DNA of 28,837 nt from an uncultured Verrucomicrobiales bacterium (GCA_938091905.1 CALKOM010000064.1:1-28837); one strand, 5' to 3'; positions 1 through 9,396 are shown, counted from the stretch's first letter. Numbers and translations: made by a program. The notes: generated from the letters alone by a model not told the origin.

Positions 1-435
1 GGTGCCGATGTTGAAGAGTGGGTTGTTATTGCCGGTGGCCCCTTCGGAAAAGAAGCGTCGATCATTGGTAGGATCGCCATTCTCATTGAACTGCTCTTGG
101 GCATTGGCCTTAGTCCAGAATGAGATGGTAAGTGTGTCGTACTGATGTGCTGGGAGGGGGTCACCTTCTGCGTGAAGGCGCTCTAGCATAGTCTGTTTCG
201 TGGCGTCGAAGCTGAAAGCGTTGCCATTGATGCCCTCGACGACATCGGCGTCAGACAGATTGATGACATCCATGTTCATGCCGCTGACAACGTCAGGTGC
301 TTTACCTCCCTGAATTTCGTCCAGTGGCCAATAGGACACCAGGTCATCAGTGAGAGCAGCGCCTGCCTGCGCGGCTAGAAAGAGCGACGCACATAGGCAC
401 GGTACTCTCCAGTGGTGGAGTGAGGTGTTTTTCAT
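1..435 (-). CDS. Secreted LamG-like (concanavalin A/jellyroll) domain protein, 5' part; runs off the left edge
   Basis: Not in the ORF track. Manual translation from ATG at 435 is open to base 1: MKNTSLHHWRVPCLCASLFLAAQAGAALTDDLVSYWPLDEIQGGKAPDVVSG...GINGNAFSFD...TLTISFWTK. It has a signal peptide (AQA/AGA), and LVSYWPLDE, G..GNAFSFD and TISFW match LamG-like domains. Confidence 0.8.
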   Translation of the reverse strand, partial: MKNTSLHHWRVPCLCASLFLAAQAGAALTDDLVSYWPLDEIQGGKAPDVVSGMNMDVINLSDADVVEGINGNAFSFDATKQTMLERLHAEGDPLPAHQYDTLTISFWTKANAQEQFNENGDPTNDRRFFSEGATGNNNPLFNIGT

Positions 436-520
436 AGAATTGGGGTTATTACAGACGGTCCGTTGCTGAACCAAGTGTCACGATTTAGCAAAGCATGCCA
501 TTCCTGGTCAATGCAATTCG

Positions 521-1285
521 TCAGGAGCGAACGTGAAGGACTAAAGCAGAGCTTTCGTTGTAAGGGCCTGTTAGGGTTGGTTTTCCAGCGGGGCCCATGA
601 CGAGCGAGTTTCCAATGCAGCGGTGGCCCTTCCAGGGGCCTGCTTCAATGGGGCCTACATTGCTGCACCCAGCGATCCAAAGGTTGGATTCGCTACAAAC
701 AGGGGCATAACTATCGAGCCAAATCTGGCCGTAGGGGTTGGCTAGCTGATCAAACTCAGGCTGCACCGCCCAGGCGCAAGGCGACAGGATGATCTCGGCT
801 CCCATTTGAGCGAGTGCTCTAGAAATGGCTAACTGATCGGCGAAGCCATCTGCACAAATCATCAACCCGAGGCGACCCAGTGGCGTGTCCACAGCGCGGA
901 GACTGGTGCCGCGAGAGTAGCAGTCGTGTGCGATCTCAAGTTCATTGATCTTTCGATGCCGAAGAATGAACTCTCCACTAGGAGAGATGATTACAGCACT
1001 ATTATAGATCGTCGCCATATCTCGCTCAACGATGCCAGCGACCAGGTGAATCCCATGCTCTATGGCGAGTCGTTGGAGAAGCTGGCAGGTGACTCCGCCA
1101 GGAATCGGTTCAGCGGCGGTATGGCAGGAGGGATGGGTCCATCCCAAATTCATGGCTTCCGGCAGAAGCACTAAGTCTGCTCCTTGCCGAGCCAATTCGC
1201 GGATGGCTCCTTCGGCTCTGCGTAGATTGGCTTCGCATGCGCCTCCTTCGATAAGAATCTGGCCGAGCCCAAGCGTGAAATTCAT
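521..1285 (-). CDS. Carbon-nitrogen hydrolase (nitrilase/amidase superfamily)
   Basis: Glu-Lys-Cys triad motifs LLPEA, HRKINE and MICADGF, plus YNSAV and GNSLV. The start overlaps the upstream stop (TAATG at 1283-1287 on the minus strand). Confidence 0.92.
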   Translation of the reverse strand: MNFTLGLGQILIEGGACEANLRRAEGAIRELARQGADLVLLPEAMNLGWTHPSCHTAAEPIPGGVTCQLLQRLAIEHGIHLVAGIVERDMATIYNSAVIISPSGEFILRHRKINELEIAHDCYSRGTSLRAVDTPLGRLGLMICADGFADQLAISRALAQMGAEIILSPCAWAVQPEFDQLANPYGQIWLDSYAPVCSESNLWIAGCSNVGPIEAGPWKGHRCIGNSLVMGPAGKPTLTGPYNESSALVLHVRS

Positions 1286-4200
1286 TAAGGAGCGGGCACA
1301 AGTTGGAGATAATCGATGCCGACCATGTAGCCAGGAGCCGCTTTGGGATCTTTTCCGAGGATATTGAAGATGAGTTTGTGTTTGCCCGCTGATAGGGTGT
1401 GTTCGCCCAAGGAAAGCTCGCCAGTGGTGATTACCTGTGTGTCGTAGAGATTGATCTCGTTGCGGATGAAGTTGGCTTCCTCATCGAGGGCAATCCGCAC
1501 TTTGCCATAATCGACGGCTTTGGTGAGAACAGCTGCCAACCGATACTTGCCCGCCTTTGGCGCTTCAAAACCTAACGCTAAGGTGTCTCCTGGCCGTGCC
1601 CCGGTCCACCAAAGGTGGTGATCGCTCGACCATTGATCCGCCTTGAAGCTTTGCATGCCCTGGGAAGCCACATTGCCCGTCTTAGCGAGGATGGCGAGCG
1701 CTTCGCCTTCAATGACGACCTCTCCCTCTTGAGCAAGCCGCACTTGCTTGTCGCTTTGTAAGTAAGCAATGAGGTCGCGAGCGTCGCTGTCGCTGATGGC
1801 ATCGAGAATGCCTTCAGGCATGAGCGATTGTGGTAGGGTTTCTTGTTTGGAGATGTTGGCCTTGGGCAACGTTGTTTCTGTGCCGCCGGGGAGTATGACG
1901 GTGAATGCCGTGGCGCTTTCTTGGCGAATGGTGCCCGAGACAACGCTACCATCCTTTCGTGTGAAGATGATGAGTTGGTAATCGAGAGGAACCAGCGCAT
2001 TTGGGTCGAGGATATTCTCTAACAGATAGTTGAGGTCGCTGCGATTCGCCCCAGTGATGTCGGGTCCGAGGGCCACGCCTTGGCCGAAGAGTTGATGACA
2101 GGCGTAGCAGGTTTGATTGTAGACACGACGGCCATTGCTTAGATTGGCTTGCGCGAGTGATTCGGTGGTGAGCTTGCTTTGCCACTGCTTCATGGCGGTG
2201 GCCTTGTTTGCACTGACTGGTTTGAACGAGCCCCAGTGTTCCTCCAATGACCTAGCCAGCTTGAGGTCTTTGAACTGAAGGATCTGCCGGGCTCCAGCGA
2301 CGCTAAGATCCCCGCGGGGGAGTTTGCCTGATGCGATGGCTTGAAGCAAGGCTTGAGCTGACGCCGCGCGACTCGTTAGGGTGGTGATGGCATTAGCCTT
2401 CTCAGCGAGTGTAAGCTTTGGGTAAGCTTGAATGATGACCGAAGCAGAATCGTCTTGATGCAGTGTCGATAAGGTTGCGATTGCTGGATTGCGAAGCGGA
2501 GACACTGGACCGCGAATGAGTGCGTGAAGAACGGGCACCACTTCGATGTCATTTGCGTCGCGTAACATTGTCAGGGACGCGAGTCGAAGACCCTCGGGTT
2601 GTTGATCGTCGGTCAGGAGATTCCGAAACTCTGGGAGCAATCGTTTGTCGCCAAATTTCCCAGCAAGGGTGAGCAATGCCGTCTTCACTTCAGGCTTGGG
2701 ACTATCTTTGAGCAACTCGTAGACCTTGGGCCAGGACTCGGGCATGGGCACGCTCGCTTCACCTTTTAATTGAGCGGCTAGTGCTGAGACGACCGTCGCG
2801 GCCACTGTGGCGTCATCGATGTGTGCAAGCGCAGATTCGTAGCCTCCTGGGATTGCAGAGACGCGACGGATGACGTAATCTCGGAGCTTAGGAATCCTGG
2901 TGGCTTTAGCCAGAGCAAAGCCGCGTGCTGGGTTCCGCGCCACAAGGGGTTCGATGCCATACCAAAGAAGCTGAGGAATGACCTGATCACTGGCGTCGGC
3001 AGCATGCATCACGAGCTTTTCAGCAATAGGCCAAGCATCTTCCTGTGGCAGTCGCTGAAGGAGGGAGGCGAGGTGACGTCTTACGAAGGGCGACGTTTCG
3101 AAATGTGCCCGTTCGATGAGGATGGCTTTCGTATCTGAATCGAGTTGGTCGATCCTTTCCCCCAACAAACGAATCGCCCAGGCCCTGACATGTTCGTCGA
3201 CTGTCTCGCTCACGACGAGTTCTTGTAAGAGATCACCCGTGGCCTTCATGCCATGCAACGTCCAGAGAGCGCGGAGTTGTACCGGGACCTCCGCATGAGA
3301 CCGGACAAGCTGTCGCAAGGTGTTGACCGCAGCGGGAGCCGATGTTGTGGAGCTGGCGCGTTCTTGCAGAAGGCGTCGTGCTGTTCTGGCAAACCACTCA
3401 TTCTTGTGCGTCTGGAGATCTGCTAGTTCTAGATCGGTTGCTTTGGTTAGATCGACTTTGGTCGGTTGGTGCTCTCCATAGTGAACGCGAAAGAGGCGAC
3501 CGTTTGAGCGATCCCATTCGAGGTCACTCTGACGATGGCAGGTGGTATCGTCCTGCCAATCGGTGAAGTAGAGCGCACCGTCGGGGCCGTAATCAAGATG
3601 TGTCCCGATGAACCAGTGGTCATTGGCAAAGAGGAAATCGGGTCGACGATTGCCTTCGTAGCCTGCACCTTTGCGATGGACGTGATCCCAGTTGATGCGA
3701 TGCCCGTGGAGGTTGAACATGAGGAGCGCGTCTCGATAGCGGTCGGGAAAGTTGTCGCCGCGGTAGATGGTGAGTCCGCAATGTGCGTGGCCACCTCCTC
3801 TAGCGGAGACTTCGTTGTTCATGATGTCAGCCCGTGGCGTATGCCCCCAGTGCGCATGCTCTGCCACGTTTCCAGAGAAATGACGGTGCTTTGCCGTGGT
3901 GCCTAAAAGATCATAGAGGTGCTTTCGTGTGTGCTGGCCACCTTGCCTTTCGTAATAGGCCCCTTGGATCATGTGCCAGAGGTGGGGAATGACGCAGGCG
4001 CTGATGAAGGCCTGGCCATACTCATCGAAATCCAGTCCCCATGGATTCGAGGTTCCGTTAGAGAAGATTTCAAACTTGTGGTGAGTGGGGTGGTAGCGCC
4101 ATACGCCGCAGGTCAAAAGTGGCCGGTCTTCCTTCGGCGTGCCTGGCTTGCCCACATGAGAATAGGTGAAGACGCCATGAAGTCCGTAAAGCCACCCGTC

Positions 4201-5901
4201 CGGTCCCCAGCTGAAGGAGTTTAAAGTTTCGTGCGTGTCCTCAACACCCCAGCCGTCTAGTAGAACTTTGGGCTCGCTATCCGGAATATCGTCGCCATCT
4301 CGATCGGGGATGAACATGAAGTAGGGTGCGGCGCCTACCCACACGCCACCGAAGCCGACTTCCATTCCGCTTATCAAGCTAAGACCTTCAGCGAAGACTT
4401 TGTGTGTTTCGTAAGTGCCGTTGCCATCCGCGTCTTCGAAGATGACGATGCGATCCTTCCCGTCCTCATCAGTTCTAGCGGGAAAGGGGTAGTTGTGGGC
4501 CTCGGCGACCCAGATTCTTCCACGAGCGTCAAAGCAAAACGTGATGGGTTGAGTGAGTTGAGGTTCGGATGCGAGGAGGCTGGCGGAGAAGCCTTTTGGA
4601 AGGGTCATTGCTCCGGCCGCTTTGTCTGGAGGGCTGCCTTCTTCATACGTTTCTTGAGGTTTGATCCCGTCGATAAACGCTTTCATGGGCTGCGCATTCC
4701 TCCACGTCTCTTCGTCGACCTGTTCGCGCTTTTGATAGTGAATAAACGTACCCTTCTTGTTTCCTGCAAGGATGTCTAACAAGCCATCGGCATTGAGATC
4801 GACGGTCTTCACTTCCGTGCCGACACCTGAATCATCGTCGATCTTGTAAGGGACAAAGTCGACGCCACCCTCTTCATCTCGGACAGTTCTAAACCAATAC
4901 ACGACTGCTGGGTCTGTCCCTCCGGGATCCTTGCCACCGTGTGCCCAGTAGCGTTTTCCTGTGACCAAGTCCTTCACACCATCGCCGTCGATGTCTGCTA
5001 GGGCGATGCCGTGCATCTGACTGAACGACACGCCGTAGTTGTTGTCTAACGGGTCCTGTCCGACGATGAGACGTTGGTTGAGCTTGCCATCGACATTCTC
5101 ATACCAAGCGAGCCCATAGCCGTGCGCGGCAAGAGACGTGATAATGTCATTGTCGCCGTCCCCGTCGAAATCGTCTGCATACATTTGCGCGCCACCCGGA
5201 GTGGCTAGAGCGAATCGGTGGCTCTTCCATTCTGGATCTTCCTTAAGTGACTCAGGTTGTTCCCACCAACGTTCTTTTTCTAGCACATCGAGACGGCCAT
5301 CCTTATTCACGTCGCCGACTCCGAGACCATGGGAGAATTTGCCGCCCACGGCATTGGGGGGGGAGATGGGATGCCAGACGAAGGGTGCGGTGGGGTTGCT
5401 CGGATCAGGTGAAGCGTAACCCAACCGGCCGTTCACCTGGCAAACGATTTCAGGGTTCCCATCGCCAGTGAGGTCGGTGAAATTTGGGGACTCGTTGTCT
5501 GTTTGAGCCATTGCTTCGTGCACCGGCCAATGGCCTTTCTTGCCCTGCGGATTTTCATACCATCGCGAATCGTTTCCAGGAAAGCCTAGCACAAGCACGT
5601 CTGGCCAGGTGTCGCCATTGAAATCATGACCGAAGCTGAAAAAGTTCTGAGAGTAACCTTTTGGATCAATGGGCTTAGCCTCATAGAACTCCAATTTCTG
5701 CTCGAATGCTGGGCCTAACCAGATGAACGGGCCGGAAACGATGTCGATGGAGCCATCCTTGTTGAAGTCTCCGTGGCCCGCACCCTCTGAGTAGAACGTG
5801 CTATCCAAATGCCGCTTTTCCCACGTGATGATCTCACGATCTTGAGCGTGGGTTGTGGTTCCGAGGAGCGGAAGTAGTAGGATGATGAAAGGGGTTCTCA
5901 T
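1285..5901 (-). CDS. PVC-type heme-binding CxxCH protein (putative membrane-bound dehydrogenase family) with N-terminal FG-GAP/VCBS repeats and a C-terminal beta-sandwich (CBM-like) domain
   Basis: Signal peptide; repeated DxNxDGxxD motifs (DFNKDGSID, DFNGDTWPD, DVNKDGRLD, DFDGDGDND, DIDGDGVKD, DLNADGLLD); dehydrogenase-like propeller (FDARGRIWVAE, WGPDGWLYG, NPWGLDFD, YGPDGALYFTDW); helical HEAT-like region; CYACH heme motif at about 2095-2109 followed by GPDITG and SLMPEG. Confidence 0.9.
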   Translation of the reverse strand: MRTPFIILLLPLLGTTTHAQDREIITWEKRHLDSTFYSEGAGHGDFNKDGSIDIVSGPFIWLGPAFEQKLEFYEAKPIDPKGYSQNFFSFGHDFNGDTWPDVLVLGFPGNDSRWYENPQGKKGHWPVHEAMAQTDNESPNFTDLTGDGNPEIVCQVNGRLGYASPDPSNPTAPFVWHPISPPNAVGGKFSHGLGVGDVNKDGRLDVLEKERWWEQPESLKEDPEWKSHRFALATPGGAQMYADDFDGDGDNDIITSLAAHGYGLAWYENVDGKLNQRLIVGQDPLDNNYGVSFSQMHGIALADIDGDGVKDLVTGKRYWAHGGKDPGGTDPAVVYWFRTVRDEEGGVDFVPYKIDDDSGVGTEVKTVDLNADGLLDILAGNKKGTFIHYQKREQVDEETWRNAQPMKAFIDGIKPQETYEEGSPPDKAAGAMTLPKGFSASLLASEPQLTQPITFCFDARGRIWVAEAHNYPFPARTDEDGKDRIVIFEDADGNGTYETHKVFAEGLSLISGMEVGFGGVWVGAAPYFMFIPDRDGDDIPDSEPKVLLDGWGVEDTHETLNSFSWGPDGWLYGLHGVFTYSHVGKPGTPKEDRPLLTCGVWRYHPTHHKFEIFSNGTSNPWGLDFDEYGQAFISACVIPHLWHMIQGAYYERQGGQHTRKHLYDLLGTTAKHRHFSGNVAEHAHWGHTPRADIMNNEVSARGGGHAHCGLTIYRGDNFPDRYRDALLMFNLHGHRINWDHVHRKGAGYEGNRRPDFLFANDHWFIGTHLDYGPDGALYFTDWQDDTTCHRQSDLEWDRSNGRLFRVHYGEHQPTKVDLTKATDLELADLQTHKNEWFARTARRLLQERASSTTSAPAAVNTLRQLVRSHAEVPVQLRALWTLHGMKATGDLLQELVVSETVDEHVRAWAIRLLGERIDQLDSDTKAILIERAHFETSPFVRRHLASLLQRLPQEDAWPIAEKLVMHAADASDQVIPQLLWYGIEPLVARNPARGFALAKATRIPKLRDYVIRRVSAIPGGYESALAHIDDATVAATVVSALAAQLKGEASVPMPESWPKVYELLKDSPKPEVKTALLTLAGKFGDKRLLPEFRNLLTDDQQPEGLRLASLTMLRDANDIEVVPVLHALIRGPVSPLRNPAIATLSTLHQDDSASVIIQAYPKLTLAEKANAITTLTSRAASAQALLQAIASGKLPRGDLSVAGARQILQFKDLKLARSLEEHWGSFKPVSANKATAMKQWQSKLTTESLAQANLSNGRRVYNQTCYACHQLFGQGVALGPDITGANRSDLNYLLENILDPNALVPLDYQLIIFTRKDGSVVSGTIRQESATAFTVILPGGTETTLPKANISKQETLPQSLMPEGILDAISDSDARDLIAYLQSDKQVRLAQEGEVVIEGEALAILAKTGNVASQGMQSFKADQWSSDHHLWWTGARPGDTLALGFEAPKAGKYRLAAVLTKAVDYGKVRIALDEEANFIRNEINLYDTQVITTGELSLGEHTLSAGKHKLIFNILGKDPKAAPGYMVGIDYLQLVPAP

Positions 5902-5956
5902 GAAAGTTACTGGTAGCTAATATAAAGGAACCCCGCAAAGGAGGATTCCTTGCAAC

Positions 5957-6187
5957 AACGAGCAGCGGAAGTTCTACGTCAGCAATAGTGACGACAAGCT
6001 GATCCGAGAATGGGCAACGAGCGACCCAGAAGCTGCCAAGGCTTACCTGGATAAGGTTCCGTTAGACCATAAGATGAATCGGCTTTCTCTTCATGCCAAT
6101 CTCGTCATGGGAATGGCTACTCAGGATCTGGATGGTGTTGCGGCTTATGCTGAGGAGAATCAATTTGATCGTTACTTCAAGAAATAG
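5957..6187 (+). pseudogene. Start-less fragment of a WxxxDPxxA helical-repeat protein gene
   Basis: Open frame 5921-6187 has no start codon ahead of the repeat-like segment: ...EQRKFYVSNSDDKLIREWATSDPEAAKAYLDKVPLDHKMNRLSLHANLVMGMATQDLDGVAAYAEENQFDRYFKK*. It resembles TQKMFYTAGLINGLAKSDPESATEYLEKVPGDNRMKGRY in the 23149-24495 protein. Confidence 0.65.
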
Positions 6188-6194
6188 AACCTTT

Positions 6195-7889
6195 CTAGAA
6201 AAGGTCCTCCAAGAGATCCTTGATACCACGGACTGTCTTCCACTGAGGCTTGCGCTCGCCGCGTGGATCCTTGTGATCCCTGAAGTCGCTATTCGAGTGC
6301 TGAGTTTCGGTGCGGAATGTGAGGTCGAAGGGGCCGCGCTGGCGTGAGGTTCCTGTGATGCTGACGGCGGTGGCGCGATCTCCGTGGTACTGAATGATGG
6401 CTTTGCTGGTCACGGGGATGCGACTTTGAAGTCGGCTGAGACTCACTTCGGCCACGCCATCACGCATTACAGTCCACGTTCCCGCGAACGAGATGGTGTC
6501 GCGACCAGTGAACGTGAGCGCGGCGCTACCGTCGGCGCGGAGCTGAACTCGTGCGCGGTTTACTTGCATTTCGGTGGCGTGAGATTGGTAGCGACCGGCC
6601 CCGACTTCGTCTGCACTGAGTGAGCCTTGATGCTGAGGGGGGTCACCGCCGCTTCCTCCGTGGGCTGAAGGGCCTCGATGAATTTCCTCCTCTACTGCAT
6701 GGCTTGCTGGGTGGTAGGTGAGGTTGAATGGACCACGAGCAGCGTCCGAGTGGCCTTGCATCTCGACGCCGTGGACTTCACCGTTTCGACGGATGAGGAG
6801 TTTGCCGACGGCGTTTGCGGGTTTCTTGTTGAGTTGATCAATCTCAATCTTAAGCTCCTTGGGATCCTGACAGGCGAACCAAGTGCCTTCTATAGTGTAA
6901 GCATACTTTCCTCTGAAGGTGATGTAGGCGTTGCCGTCGTGATAGAGTGTGACGGAGCCCTGGCTCAATCGCCAGTTCTTGCCACGAATACGAATGTGTC
7001 CCGTACCTCCAATCGTGGCTACCTTGCCTCGATAGCCATTTTTTCGGTCGATGTACTCTCGGTTACTCCCGATGAAGTTGACTCGACAGCGGCTGCCTAA
7101 AGCGGGGGCATCGCCATTGACATCGATTCGAGCGAACCCTTGTTGATTGGGTATAAGTGACACGCTTCCAACCAGATCAACTCGGCTTCTGTTAGGTCCA
7201 CGTTTGAAGCGAACGTCGATGACGTGGTGCGAGCGCCTGGACCAAGCGCCGTCAAATCTATACCCACGCTCGCCGTAGACGTAGAGTCGAGCATCGCCAT
7301 CGCGTTGCAAGAGGACACGGGCTTGACTAATGCGGTTGTTAGCGTGTCCGGTGTTCAAAGTACCGCGTCCACGCCTCGTCTGATCTATACGAAACTGTTC
7401 ACGGGCGGGGATGGCAGCGGCCCCTGAAGTGAAGCTGAGAACGAGTGGGCCATCGAGTGCTCGGGATTCGCCTTTGAGATAGAGTTTATGGAAGGTTCCG
7501 TTGCGAAGCGTGACACTGCCCGTGGCACTGGCGGGAGAGCGATCGTAGGCTTGGGTGATGGTGAGTAAGGCCTGGTTTGCCTTGCCTCGACGCCATGTTC
7601 CCCCGAAACGATAACGCTGACGACCGCTGACTCTGATCTCGGCACGGCCTTCTCGAGTGAGCGTGACGGACGCGCGGTCTAGCGACTGGTTAGGTCATCG
7701 TAGGGCAAGGGAGCCACGACCCCGCTCTGTTGCCTGTGCTTCGTAGGCAGTGGCTGGGGCGACTCGGCGTCGATCATCGTGGTCGAAGGGACGAAGATCT
7801 CGGTTCCTTAGAATGCGGTCGAGCGGGTTCTGAGCAACTGCGGAGGAGAGTAGCAGTGCTGTGAGGAGATAGGTGAGGATTCGAGCCAT
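6195..7889 (-). pseudogene. Secreted Arg/Gly-rich protein with four ~105-aa beta-strand repeats, interrupted by one in-frame TGA (7695-7697)
   Basis: Track ORFs 7695-7889 (signal peptide) and 6195-7358 are in the same frame. I translated the intervening 7359-7694 by hand: it is stop-free and encodes most of repeat 1 (PNQSLDRASVTLTREGRAEIRVSGRQRYRFGGTW...). The total is 564 codons with one internal stop at codon 65. Confidence 0.8.
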
Positions 7890-8000
7890 TCCGGATCTAA
7901 GCAGACGCTATGGGAGGGGGGCAGTCGATTTTTTTAACCTTTTGAGAATGGATCTAGGCGTTGCTGCTTGTCTGGACCCGTCCTAGAATTAGCTGTGGAC

Positions 8001-9320
8001 ATGAACGGAATTAGATGGGTAGCAGCGGCCTCAATCTTCGTAGGGAGCTTGGTCTCAGGCTCTGCGCAAGACGCGAGTTCTGATGAGGCGAGATCGCTTT
8101 TGAGCAATCTAACGGCCTTTTATCGCGGTCTGGAGGCGATGCAGGTCGATGGCGAGTTGATCATTTCGATGGGTGAACCTGGAAAGGAACAAGTGATCCA
8201 GTCCATGGAACAAACCGTGCGGCTAAATCGCCCTGGGCAGTACGGGCTCACGACGATCGGAGTCGGAAGTTTCCTCGCGATGCCATCGGTCTACATGAAT
8301 GCTGGCAAGGCGACGATTGTGATCGATCCAAAACGCTTGATCCAGAAGGAGGGCGTCAAGAGCGTGCCTGAACTCTATCAGAGCCCTGATCTTGGTTACA
8401 GTAATGACGCATCCGGAAACGTGCTCCTCGATCAGAGTCTTGCGCTCACGTTTCTTAACAAGTTGTTGTTTAAAGAGCTGGGAGGAAATTGGCAAGCGGA
8501 TCTCAAAGAGGTGAAGTTAGCTGGAGAAGAGAAGGTTGGAGAACAGCATGCCACGCGATTGGTGGTTTCCACAGAGACACAGCAGTTTGGGAAACCTGCG
8601 AAGATGGACATCACTCTGTGGATTCAGAAAGGTGATCAGCCGTTTCTGTTAGCGCTAGAGCCAGACATGTCGACGCTCTTTCCTCAGGAAGAAGGCCATC
8701 CTAAGACGAATCTAATCATGATGTGTCGTTGGAAGAACTACGATGTGAAGCCAACGTTTCTTGCGAGCCACTTTGCGCCGCCGGACTTAGGAGATGATGT
8801 GACAGTGCTTCCCAATGTGGAGGCAATGATGCGAGACCAGACTGCTGAGGAGAACCCAGCGCTTGAATTGACTGGCGCGGCTGCCCCAGAGTTTGAGTTT
8901 CCGTTACTGGGAGGAGGTCAAGCCAAGCTGAGTGATTGGAAGGGAAGCGTGGTCGTGCTTGGCTTCTGGGCGGCCATGCTCGGCGAGGAGTCCAGCTACC
9001 TTGGTGTGCTTCACGAGGTGAATCGCAAACTGCACGAACGCGGTGTTCAACTGCTTTCCGTAAACCTCGGAGACACGTCTGAGGTTGCGAGCGCCTATTT
9101 AAAGAGGGGAAGTTGGAATATTCCCGTGGCACTTGACACGCAGCAATCAGCTATGAAGAGCTATAAAGTGCGGAGTATTCCGCAAACGGTTGTCGTGGGT
9201 AAGAATGGGGAGGTCATTCAGGTGCATGTGGGCACTGATGAGGCCTTCGAAGAAGAGTTGATCGCCGAAATTACGCGTCTCGTGGATGATAATGCGGCTG
9301 CACCCGCTACTCCTGAGTGA
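8001..9320 (+). CDS. Secreted DUF2092/LolA-like domain fused to a TlpA/redoxin-type thioredoxin-fold domain lacking CxxC
   Basis: ATG at 8001 gives a signal peptide (MNGIRWVAAASIFVGSLVSGSAQ). The C-terminal part (LTGAAAPEFEF..KLSDWKGSVVVLGFWA..LLSVNLGD..VALD..YKVRSIPQTVVVGKNG) is a TlpA-like fold, but WCxxC is replaced by MLGEE. The N-terminal domain assignment is less certain. Confidence 0.75.
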   Translation: MNGIRWVAAASIFVGSLVSGSAQDASSDEARSLLSNLTAFYRGLEAMQVDGELIISMGEPGKEQVIQSMEQTVRLNRPGQYGLTTIGVGSFLAMPSVYMNAGKATIVIDPKRLIQKEGVKSVPELYQSPDLGYSNDASGNVLLDQSLALTFLNKLLFKELGGNWQADLKEVKLAGEEKVGEQHATRLVVSTETQQFGKPAKMDITLWIQKGDQPFLLALEPDMSTLFPQEEGHPKTNLIMMCRWKNYDVKPTFLASHFAPPDLGDDVTVLPNVEAMMRDQTAEENPALELTGAAAPEFEFPLLGGGQAKLSDWKGSVVVLGFWAAMLGEESSYLGVLHEVNRKLHERGVQLLSVNLGDTSEVASAYLKRGSWNIPVALDTQQSAMKSYKVRSIPQTVVVGKNGEVIQVHVGTDEAFEEELIAEITRLVDDNAAAPATPE

Positions 9321-9396
9321 AGCGTATCTTCTGCACACGAGAATTCGCATTGCTTCGTATCGGCAGACTTTTACTGTGTTGGAGAAGAAACGAACC

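Noticed and set aside
7695..7697. Genome-wide UGA=Gly/Trp recoding as the cause of the in-frame TGA
   Set aside because: TGA terminates several clear genes here (nitrilase, redoxin fusion, protease, TolC, rsmA, mutase), and long genes contain no internal TGA.
7660..7697. Selenocysteine at the in-frame TGA
   Set aside because: The position aligns with Gly, not Cys, in the internal repeats; there is no redox motif and I see no convincing SECIS hairpin downstream.
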